Origin: Macrostomum hystrix
Taxonomy: Eukaryota; Animalia; Platyhelminthes
Direction: 5' to 3'
DNA: 64,000 bases
Assembly: GCA_950097015.1 (NCBI GenBank)
Contig: CATNEN010000003.1
Location: 9,362,001-9,426,000, forward strand
Shown here: positions 46,299-58,200 of the stretch, piece after piece
How positions within the stretch are numbered: the stretch's first letter is position 1
Layout of the letters: each line of letters opens with the position of its first letter
Program-made: the position numbers and the translations under genes
The notes under the pieces: generated by a model
Seen by the model: the letters and a program-made list of their open reading frames with translations, nothing else
Databases searched by the model: none
What the model was told of the DNA's origin: nothing

Positions 46299-49200
46299 AT
46301 GGCAGAAGCTCACCAGGCTGTTGTATTCGCATTCAACATCACCGATCAGGGTGTGCAATTCGAATTCGATCACGCCGCATTGATGCAGGTTTGGCAGTCG
46401 GGAGTTCGAGCCTACAAAAAGTGGTACGCCAGATTTAAGAATCGACTGAGGAATGGCATCTACCCTGCTAGACCGGGTAGCCTACTAGCCATGATGCTAG
46501 TTATGATCTTTGCCACCATGTTTGGCAACGATCTGTCATTCGGCTATGTGAAACGACTCAATCCGTTTGTTGTGAGGTTGGTGAAAATTATTTTCTGATT
46601 AGAATTTTTAATAGAAATAGTTAGGCGATCGATTAAAATTTCGCTTTGAGACACTTACTTTTCATTACCCTGTAGTTTTTAAGACTCTTTTAGTTTGTAA
46701 AAAAATCTAAAATAAAATGGAGTTGTAGCCTTGTGGTTAGAGCGTCGGACTCACGGCTTGAGGGTCGGGTGTTCGATTCCCGCCTCCACTAAAACAATTT
46801 GTGGCCTTTAGCTGGGGTAATTAAGGGTGGGTTTGGCGACCAACCAGTCCATGGACTGAACAACCGTACGCAGCCTTGTGTGTGCTGTCGGCTTCACAAC
46901 TGGCCCAATTGGGGCAGGTGTAATTAAAAAATTGTTCGTTGGCTAATGCTAAACATAAAATAAAGTTAATTATTTTTCACTGCCTACCTAATAAATGTTT
47001 ACCGGGGGTCGGTGGCAGAGCGGTTAACGCGTTTGCCTCTCGCACCAAGGTCCCTAAGTTCAATTCCGAAGTGAGGCCACATTTATTTGGGGCGCAGCCG
47101 CGGAGAGAAGGCTTGGGGGCTTGTCGTGCAATTTACGCCCTTGAGGGCCAACCTCCAAGGCACAGCGACGATGAGAAAGTCAGGGCAGATGTACACCTGT
47201 GTGAGTGTATGCCTCCGTAAGGTATCTGTGTGCGTGTGTGCTCAGGAGTCAGCTAAATGGGCAGAATTGACACTACATGATGTGCAATTGCCCGCAGCCC
47301 TCCTGAAATTATTCTCATTATTAATAACTGTTTATCTATTTTGCCTGTTTACTTGTTCCAATTTAGTTACCTAGGCGTTGTGCCGCCACACGATACCTAT
47401 GTGTCCTGCATGCTAATAGCATGCCTACTCTGGCTACTGGTGGTGTTGTTTTACAAGCTACTAATTAGCCGCCTATTAGCCTACCAAGGCTGGATGTACG
47501 AAGGTCGTGGCAAGGTGTCCAGGCCAACTAAAATTTGGGCTGTCCTGGCTAAGGCACTGCTAGGCAACAGGCGAGCTGGTTTGTACTCTTATCAGAGCTC
47601 CCTGCCGAGACTGCCCGTTCCTTCTGTTGGCGACACTCTGCGGCGCTACCTGGTTTCCATGGAGCCACTGCTGAATGCGGATGGCATGGCCGAGATGCAG
47701 AAATTGGCTGCCGATTTTCAGGTGATGCATAATTTTGTTAGATTTATCTAGAGAACATTGGATTCGATTCGAATAGGGGGATGGGCTTCGAATATGCGGG
47801 ATGGGATTCGAATAGGTGGGATGGGATTCGAATAGGTGGGATGGGATTCGAATAGGTGGGATGGGATTCGAATAGGTGGGATGGGATTTAAATGGGTAGA
47901 TTGGTATTTGAATAGGTCGGATGGGATGTGAGTAGGTTAGATGGGATTTAAATTGGTAGGTTGGTATATGAATCGGTAAATTGGGATTTGAATAGGTAGG
48001 ATTTTTTGTCCCTATGCGTGTGTGTACTCGCATAGTTTGAGAAATGGGCAGAATTGCCTCCTGGCTGGTTGAAATTTATTTATAAAGTAATTTATCAGAG
48101 CTTATGACCTCTTAAAACCATTTTTAATATCACTCTATCAAAGCAGGCAAACAATATTCTCTAAGACACGAGTCCATTCTGAAATTGACACAAAAATTTT
48201 AGAAGTCTGGCGTAGCCAGGAAGCTACAATTCTATCTGCGCCTAAAATCATGGTGGGCGCCAAACTACGTAAGCGATTGGTGGGAAGAATTCGTCTACCT
48301 ATACAGCCGCGACCCAATCATGGTTAACTCCAACTACTACGGCGTTGATGCCATCTTTGTCCGGCCAACTAGAGTGCAGGCTGCTAGGGCTGGCAACGTC
48401 ACCTGGGCTATGCTGCAGTTCTGGCGTCGCGTCTGTCGCGAGGACATGCCGCCTATTTGTTTAAATGATACCGTGCCATTGTGTAGCTGGCAATACGAAA
48501 GACAGTTTGCCACAACCAGAGTGCCGGGTGAGTTCCTTCTGTGATCCCCAGGAATGGATTCTATGATCCTTCAGGACTGGATTCTATGATCCTTCAGGAC
48601 TGGATTCTATGATCCTTCAGGACTGGATTCTATGATCCTTCAGGACTGGATTCTATGATCCTTCAGGACTGGATTCTATGATCCTTCAGGACTGGATTCT
48701 ATGATCCTTCAGGACTGGATTCTATGATCCTTCAGGACTGGATTCTATGATCCTTCAGGACTGGATTCTATGATCCTTCAGGACTGGATTCTATAATCCT
48801 TCAGGACTGGATTCTATGATCCTTCAGGACTGGATTCTATGATCCTTCAGGACTGGATTCTATCCTTCAGGGCTGGATTCTATCCTTTAGGGCTGGATTC
48901 TATCCTTTAGGGCTGGATTTTATCCTTTAGGGCTGGATTCTATCCTTCAGGACTGGATTCTATCCTTCAGGGCTGGATTCTATCCTTCAGGGCTGGATTC
49001 TATCCTTCAGGGCTGGATTCTATCCTTTAGGGCTGGATTTTATCCTTTAGGGCTGGATTCTATCCTTCAGGGCTGGATTCTATCCTTTAGGGCTGGATTC
49101 TATCCTTCAGGGCTGGATTCTATCCTTCAGGGCTGGATTCTATCCTTCAGGACTGGATTCTATCCTTCAGGACTGGATTCTATCCTTCAGGGCTGGATTC

Positions 49201-52200
49201 TATCCTTTAGGGCTGGATTCTATCCTTTAGGGCTGGATTTTGTCCTTTAGGGCTGGATTCTATCCTTCAGGGCTGGATTCTATCCTTCAGGGCTGGATTC
49301 TATCCTTCAGGGCTGGATTCTATCCTTCAGGGCTGGATTCTATCCTTTAGGGCTGGATTCTATCCTTCAGGGCTGGATTCTATCCTTCAGGGCTGGATTC
49401 TATCCTTTAGGGCTGGATTTTATCCTTTAGGGCTGGATTCTATCCTTCAGGGCTGGATTCTATCCTTCAGGGCTGGATTCTATCCTTCAGGGCTGGATTC
49501 TATCCTTCAGGGCTGGATTCTATCCTTCAGGGCTGGATTCTATCCTTCAGGGCTGGATTCTATCCTTCAGGGCTGGATTCTATCCTTCAGGGCTGGATTC
49601 TATCCTTCAGGGCTGGATTCTATCCTTCAGGGCTGGATTCTATCCTTCAGGGCTGGATTCTATCCTTTAGGGCTGGATTTTATCATTTAGGGCTGGATTC
49701 TATCCTTTAGGGCTGGATTCTATCCTTCAGGTCTGGATTTTATCATTTAGGGCTGGATTCTATCCTTCAGGGCTGGATTTTATCATTTAGGGCTGGATTC
49801 TATCCTTTAGGGCTGGATTCTATCCTTTAGGGCTGGATTTTATCATTTAGGGCTGGATTCTATCCTTTAGGGCTGGATTTTATCATTTAGGGCTGGATTC
49901 TATCCTTTAGGGCTGGATTTTATCATTTAGGGCTGGATTCTATCCTTTAGGGCTGGTTTTATCCTTTAGGGCTGGATTTTATCCTTTAGGCCTGGATTCT
50001 ATCCTTCAGGGCTGGATTCTATCCTTCAGGGCTGGATTCTATCCTTTAGGGCTGGATTTTATCATTTAGGGCTGGATTCTATCCTTTAGGGCTGGATTCT
50101 ATCCTTCAGGTCTGGATTTTATCATTTAGGGCTGGATTCTATCCTTCAGGGCTGGATTTTATCATTTAGGGCTGGATTCTATCCTTTAGGGCTGGATTCT
50201 ATCCTTTAGGGCTGGATTTTATCATTTAGGGCTGGATTCTATCCTTTAGGGCTGGATTTTATCATTTAGGGCTGGATTCTATCCTTTAGGGCTGGTTTTA
50301 TCCTTTAGGGCTGGATTTTATCCTTTAGGCCTGGATTCTATCCTTCAGGGCTGGATTCTATCCTTCAGGGCTGGATTCTATCCTTCAGGTCTGGATTCTA
50401 TCCTTCAGGGCTGGATTCTATCCTTTAGGGCTGGATTCTATCCTTCAGGTCTGGATTTTATCATTTAGGGCTGGATTCTATCCTTCAGGGCTGGATTTTA
50501 TCATTTAGGGCTGGATTCTATCCTTTAGGGCTGGATTCTATCCTTTAGGGCTGGATTCTATCCTTTAGGGCTGGATTTTATCATTTAGGGCTGGATTCTA
50601 TCATTTAGGGCTGGATTCTATCCTTCAGGGCTGGATTCTATCCTTCAGGTCTGGATTCATGTGATCTTTAAGGACTGTATTCATTGATTCTTCAGGACTA
50701 GTACGAAAAATGTGTAAGTTCTATTCTGCAGCCTTCGAAACTCAAATCTTCATTTCAACTTGCAATGTACAGGCGAAGAGCGCGACTACCTGATGCACCT
50801 GAACGACACGCGCCACATTGCCGTCTTCCATGCTGGTCGCTACTACAAGGTTTACTTTCACTATGGCAACCGCTGGCTAGAACCGTGCGAACTGGAAGCC
50901 CAGCTGCAGAAGATCATCGACGACAAGTCGGCTCCAGTTGCTGGCGAAGCTGAACTGGCAGCTCTCACAGCCGGCGAACGCAAAGTGTGGGCCCGCGCTC
51001 GCAAGGACTTCTTCAGACGTGGCGTGAACAAGACCAGCCTAGATGCTGTTGAACGGGCCGCATTCTTCCTGGTTCTGGACGATGAAGAGGCCGACTATGA
51101 TCCCGAGGATGACTCAAAGCTGGATCGTTATGCTAAGAGCCTTCTGCATGGCAACGGTTGCAATCGCTGGTTCGACAAGTCCTTCTCGCTAATTGTGTTC
51201 GCTAATGGACGGGTGAGTTTCGATTTTTAGATCGTTTTTTCACTAGAGTTCCTAGTTAATGCTTTATCCCTTAAGTAAATTTGTGTCAAGAATCCATTTT
51301 TTCAATCCCCTAGTTTTGTTAAAAAAATTTTACCGATAATACGTAGTTTAGATCCTCTAAAATCCCTAGTTTCGATCTTAAGGACTTGTGATTTTGAAAT
51401 CAAAATTGAAACCAAACTTGAAATCTCAAGAATCCCTAGTTAAAGATTTCTTAGAATCCCTAGCTCTAAGAGTCCCCAAGAATCCTAAGGCTTATATCCC
51501 TAAAAATTTGCATTTGATATAAATCCCAGTTTAAATCCTTTAAAGTTCCTGAATCCGTAGTTGAAATCGCGAGAACTCCTAGCTAAAATCCCAAGAATAT
51601 CTGGTTAAGATCCTCGAAATAAATAGTTAAAGATCCTCAATAATCCTTAGTTAAGATTATCATGAATGCCTAGTTAAGATCCTCTAAATCCCTAGCTAAG
51701 ATCTGTAGAAATTCCCAGTTTAGATCCTCAAGAATCCCTAGTTGAAATCCCCAAGAATCCCTAGTTGAAATCCTCAAGAATCCCTAGTTGAAATCCTCAA
51801 GAATCCCTAGTTGAAATCCTCAAGAATCCCTAGTTGAAATCCTCAAGAATCCCTAGTTGAAATCCTCAAGAATCCCTAGTTGAAATCCTCAAGAATCCCT
51901 AGTTGAAATCCTCAAGAATCCCTAGTTGAAATCCTCAAAAATCCCTAGTTAAAATCATCAAGAATCCCTAGTTGAAATCCTCAAGAATCCCTAGTTGAAA
52001 TCTGAAATCCTCAAGAATCCCTAGTTGAAATCATCAAGAATCCCTAGTTGAAATCATCAAGAATCCCTAGTTGAAATCATCAAGAATCCCTAGTTGAAAT
52101 CCTCAAGAATCCCTAGTTGAAATCTGAAATCCTCAAGAATCCCTAGTTAAAATCCTCAAGAATCCCTTGTTGAAATCATCAAGAATCCCTAGTTGAAATC

Positions 52201-55200
52201 CTCAAGAATCCCTAGTTGAAATCCTCAAGAATCCCTAGTTGAAATCTGAAATCCTCAAGAATCCCTAGTTGAAATCCCCAAGAATCCCTAGTTGAAATCA
52301 TCAAGAATCCCTAGTTGAAATCATCAAGAATCCCTAGTTGAAATCCCCAAGAATCCCTAGTTGAAATCCCCAAGAATCCCTAGTTGAAATCATCAAGAAT
52401 CCCTAGTTAAAATCCTCAAGAATCCCTAGTTGAAATCATCAAGAATCCCTAGTTGAAATCATCAAGAATCCCTAGTTGAAATCCCCAAGAATCCCTAGTT
52501 GAAATCCCCAAGAATCCCTAGTTGAAATCCTCAAGAATCCCTAGTTAAAATCCTCAAGAATCCCTAGTTGAAATCATCAAGAATCCCTAGTTGAAATCAT
52601 CAAGAATCCCTAGTTGAAATCATCAAGAATCCCTAGTTGAAATCATCAAGAATCCCTAGTTGAAATCCTCAAGAATCCCTAGTTGAAATCTGAAATCCTC
52701 AAGAATCCCTAGTTAAAATCCTCAAGAATCCCTTGTTGAAATCATCAAGAATCCCTAGTTGAAATCCTCAAGAATCCCTAGTTGAAATCCTCAAGAATCC
52801 CTAGTTGAAATCTGAAATCCTCAAGAATCCCTAGTTGAAATCCCCAAGAATCCCTAGTTGAAATCATCAAGAATCCCTAGTTGAAATCATCAAGAATCCC
52901 TAGTTGAAATCCCCAAGAATCCCTAGTTGAAATCCCCAAGAATCCCTAGTTGAAATCATCAAGAATCCCTAGTTAAAATCCTCAAGAATCCCTAGTTGAA
53001 ATCATCAAGAATCCCTAGTTGAAATCATCAAGAATCCCTAGTTGAAATCCCCAAGAATCCCTAGTTGAAATCCCCAAGAATCCCTAGTTGAAATCCTCAA
53101 GAATCCCTAGTTAAAATCCTCAAGAATCCCTAGTTGAAATCTGAAATCCTCAAGAATCCCTAGTTGAAATCCCCAAGAATCCCTAGTTGAAATCTGAAAT
53201 CATCAAGAATCCCTAGTTGAAATCTGAAATCATCAAGAATCCCTAGTTGAAATCCCCAAGAATCCCTAGTTGAAATCCTCAAGAATCCCTAGTTAAAATC
53301 CTCAAGAATCCCTAGTTGAAATCTGAAATCCTCAAGAATCCCTAGTTAAAATCCTCAAGAATCCCTAGTTGAAATCATCAAGAATCCCTAGTTAAAATCC
53401 TCAAGAATCCCTAGTTGAAATCCTCAAGAATCCCTAGTTGAAATCCTCAAAAATCCCTAGTTAAAATCATCAAGAATCCCTAGTTGAAATCCTCAAGAAT
53501 CCCTAGTTGAAATCTGAAATCCTCAAGAATCCCTAGTTGAAATCATCAAGAATCCCTAGTTGAAATCATCAAGAATCCCTAGTTGAAATCATCAAGAATC
53601 CCTAGTTGAAATCCCCAAGAATCCCTAGTTGAAATCATCAAGAATCCCTAGTTAAAATCCTCAAGAATCCCTAGTTAAAATCATCAAGAATCCCTAGTTA
53701 AAATCCTCAAGAATCCCTAGTTGAAATCTGAAATCCTCAAGAATCCCTAGTTAAAATCCTCAAGAATCCCTAGTTGAAATCTGAAATCCTCAAGAATCCC
53801 TAGTTAAAATCATCAAGAATCCCTAGTTAAGATCCCCATGAATGGTGAATCCCTAGTTAAAGTATCAATAGTCTTGTTTTGAAACTGCTCAACAATAGTT
53901 TAAATCTCACTGTCTATTTTGCATTGTACTTTAACATTTTTATTAAAGTACATTGTCTATGTGCTGTATTTATCTGACAACTTTCAGATTGGTTTCAATG
54001 CCGAGCACAGCTGGTGAGAATACCAATTATTTTTTAATTTTTAATACATTAATATTTTTAATATTTATTTTTAGTTATAGAATGTTGACTGTACATTTTT
54101 CTCTACATTATTTATTTCTAATTACTGCTATAATCAAGTTAGTGCTTAGAAAAACTGGCATTCATACGTACTTCAAATTTACTTGTAAAAATCGATCTAA
54201 TTAAGAGGCGACGCAGTCCTGATGTCTCACCCAGTCGAAGAGATTGTGGAACATGACTGCGTCATCTATGGGTAATTCTTCCATGATTAGATGTCCATAG
54301 AATTAGACCCTTCTGCTTGTCGTTAAAGTACACACATTGTGTCGAAATTACGACTTAAAGGACGGGGGTTCGATTCCTGACTCCACTAGGTGCCTAGACT
54401 ACTATTAGTAAGCTTTTGTGTGTTACTTTTGTACTTGTTTTTTTATTTCTCGTTATCATAGTTACTAACTAGACTAGACAATCGCTTGTAATGTATACCG
54501 TCGCTTGTTGTTTTAGATGTCACCTGTATGTGTATTTATATTACTTATTAATTTTATTACTTAATTTTTCTTATATGTGCTTCGTTTGCATAGATTTATT
54601 TATTCAATTTTTTTTTCATTAAACTCTTTGCTCAATTTTTAAAGGGCCGACGCTCCGATTGTATCCCAACTATGGGAAGAGGCAGTCATCACTTACGACA
54701 TTGTGCCAGATACTGGGTATAACCATTATATGTTATTCAATGCACTAAATTTTCCTTTGTTAGTTTGTATGAACTCGACAGCAAAATGCATTATTATTAC
54801 TATAGATTAGTTTTTTCTATTGGTTCATTTGGATGCTAAAATAATAATTTGAATACTAGTTATTTTCCACTTGTTAATCTACTTTAACTGTTTTGATAAA
54901 CCCGTGTTAACTCTACTGTTAAGTAATTGAAGACCGTCTGCGAGATTAGAAAAACTTGATCTACCGTCTAGCTGCTTTCTGATTGGTTGCAAAGTTTTTT
55001 TCTCTCCAATGCTTGTGCGGAATTTCCGCGGTATTACCTTTCTCATCTCGCACCGAAATCATTGACTCACATACAAGATGAACCATTATTGACTTGCAGC
55101 AAAAATAAAATTTTAATTTAATTAAAATTTACTGCTAGCCTAAACATTACTGATTACCGATTTGATTGCACTTTCACTAAATTCAATACAAATCTAAGTA

Positions 55201-58200
55201 AACCTGTAGTTTATTGTACAATTGTCATGCTAGTTTTTATTTCAATCCGCAGATACGCTTCATCGGGTCACTGCAAGGGCACCCCGAAAGGCACCGTGCC
55301 TAATCCCATCCGGCTGCAGTGGGATCTGCCCGAGGCTTGCCGCTCAGTGATTGGCAGCCAGCTGCTGGTGGCAACAGACCTGCTGAACGATGTGGACTTG
55401 CACCTGGTGGTTCACCGCCAGTTTGGCAAGGGCGCAATGAAGCGCTGCTCAATGAGCCCGGACGCTTTCATCCAGCTGGCCCTACAGTTGGCCTACTTCA
55501 GGGACAGCGGCGGAGAGTTCTGCCTCACTTACGAGGCCTCCATGACCCGGCTGTTCAAGGAGGGCCGCACGGAGACTGTGCGATCATGCACCAACGAATC
55601 CTGCGCCTTTGTGCGCGCCATGGAGAGCGTCTCGGCTAGCGTGAGTCTCGCTGTGCTGTGATTGGCTGTTGCGATTTTTTACTGACTTGTCCGCACTCAA
55701 CTACTAGCAGTAGAAAGTATAGTAAAACGACGTGATTTTCCGATTTTTGAGGAAATGTAAAATATGCATTTTTCTTACTGAAATCAGAGCGTTTAGCGCG
55801 CGTGCCTCTCGTGCCAAGGTCCTTGGCTCGATTCAGCGGTTAGGCCACATTTATTTTTGTCGCAATCCGCTAAGAGAAGGCTTTAGAGCGTGACACGGAA
55901 TTTAGTGCCAAGCCCCTGATTTCGATTTAGATTCATATATTTACACCCCCGTGTGAGTGTGTGCCTTCATTCGTACAGTATCTGTGTGCGTTTAGCTTCT
56001 AGCTTGCTTTTGGGTCCACTATCACCAACCAATGCGCCTGTGCCCAGTGTCAATAACCCTGAAAAATAAGTGCATATCTGTGTGAGCTAAAACTGTATGT
56101 TGTTTATGTAGATCTATTTCAAGAATATTTTTAAACTTTTAGTTTTTTTCTAGCATTTCTACTTACAGTAGTTAAGTGAAAGTTTAAGTTTAATTAGTTT
56201 AAGATTTAAAGGGTGTGGTTGTAACAATTTTTTTTTATTTTGAAAGTTTAAAAAATGGGCTTAAATGTTTAACTTACACTGACTGCCTGGAGATTTCGCT
56301 ACAACTGTATTTCTGTCTGTTTGTTTGCCCTACAATTTTAATTGTTGATGCTTTTAAATGCTACATTTTTTAGTTTATTATATATAGCATTTTGCAGCCT
56401 AGTTGATCCCTTCACAGAACGAAGCTTAACTTCATTTTTTAAACGAAGCTCATGTTAGATTGCATGGGCTAAAAGGGTGACCACACAGAGAAGTATATAG
56501 TCTTTGTCTGTTTTTTGGTTCCTATTGTCTGAGAAAGGCCTAGGACGCGGTTCTCAGGCCGAGGCGAAGCCTTAGGAACATCGCGTCCAAGGTCTTTCTG
56601 CCATAGACACCAAAAACAACAGACAAAGAATGTACTTTAAATCTTATTATATCGATAGAACATTTTAGCCCGATCGTTTTCAGGCTTGTGAAGTCGTTTA
56701 CTGACCTCGTTTCGAGTTTTGGGCTTAATTTTTTATGTCTTTTGGCCATAGACGGCCATAGAATAAGTCTCCATTAATTGCTTTAATAATTGCTGAACGA
56801 GCCACTCATTTTGTAGATTAAGTACCCGCTAAAAAATAGGGATGTTTCTTTGGGTGATTCCAGTTGGAATCTGCGGTGTTTCCAGAAAAAGAAACAGCCG
56901 AACGCTGGAAACATACCAATCGGATGATTCCATGCTTAGAATCTACCCAACTGGGCGTTTTCTCGGTGCTTCTTGGTGGCGAAATGGAATCACCTAAAGA
57001 ATCCTCCAATTCGGAAGATTCCATGCTCAGAAACCGCCGAGGAATCGCCCGTAAATAATTCTCTGGTTGTCCCATGGGCCACTGGTTCGGGTGATTCTTT
57101 GGTGGTTTCCGCACAATTTACGGTTACATCGGCTGCTTCCTGGGTGGTTTCTTTAACTCTTGCTAGATAGGGGGGATTTTGGTAGATTCCACTCCTATTT
57201 TGCACAAAAAACACGCCGAAGAAGCGGCCGAATTTTTTACACGGTAAATAAGAAACGCTGTTTAATTCACATTCTGTGGTTAGAATGTCCGAGGCTGCGT
57301 TTAATGGTCTCGAGGACCATTGATTGCAGCCGAGGATATTCTAACCATAGACTATGATGAATTAAACGGCGTTTATCATATATGAAATTCGATTGCTTAT
57401 TTTCGGGGGCATCCCATCTGATTGATAGCCATATAGGTTTAGACCATTTGATTCCGACCATAGACAAAAAGATAAATTTCTCACGAAGATACAGTCACGA
57501 AGCAGCCAGTCAGTCAGTGGTTGCAAAACGTACAAGCCGAATTCAAAGTTCACTTCAATGTTCCATATAATACTCCTTATTTCGTGGAGATTATGTGATA
57601 TAATATCCTAGTTTTTGTCAAATTATCTCACCAAAAATTACCATAGACAACACATTCCCGGCTCAGAATAGTACAATTTTTAACGATTAAATAAGCAATT
57701 GTATTTTATATGATTAAACGCGCTCTCGCAATCGATTTGATCCTTCGGACACGCATTTAAGCGCCTCTCCACTGTTTGGTTGTTATTGTTTGTCCTAGAA
57801 CACAGACTAGACAGTTTTCATCAGACGTTAGAGAGCGAAGTAGCTAACACTATGTTCGGCGAAGAAATTAAAGATTAAATCTATCGAGGAAGAAATCTAT
57901 GGGGTGGGACTAAATGCGTGTCCGAAGGATCAAATCGTTTGCTCTATGGTCATACTTTTGGCCATAGACAACTTGAAAATCGGCCTGAAACTCTTGGATT
58001 TTGCCACTGTGGATTAAATCGAATGCTCGAAGGATCAAATGGTCCGCAAAAAGCTATATAATTAATAATGATCAACTAGACTGAAAAAGCAAAATTATCA
58101 ATATATTGAATCATACCCGCAGTTGCATGCATTCAATCAAGCTGTGGCAGTGTTTCTTTTGTGTATTGGACACACAATTTGCTGGTCGTAATTATTTTTA

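Noticed and set aside
56818-57570. Several 60-98 aa ORFs in CPT1 intron 7
   Set aside because: No recognisable motifs; they lie in repeat-derived sequence.
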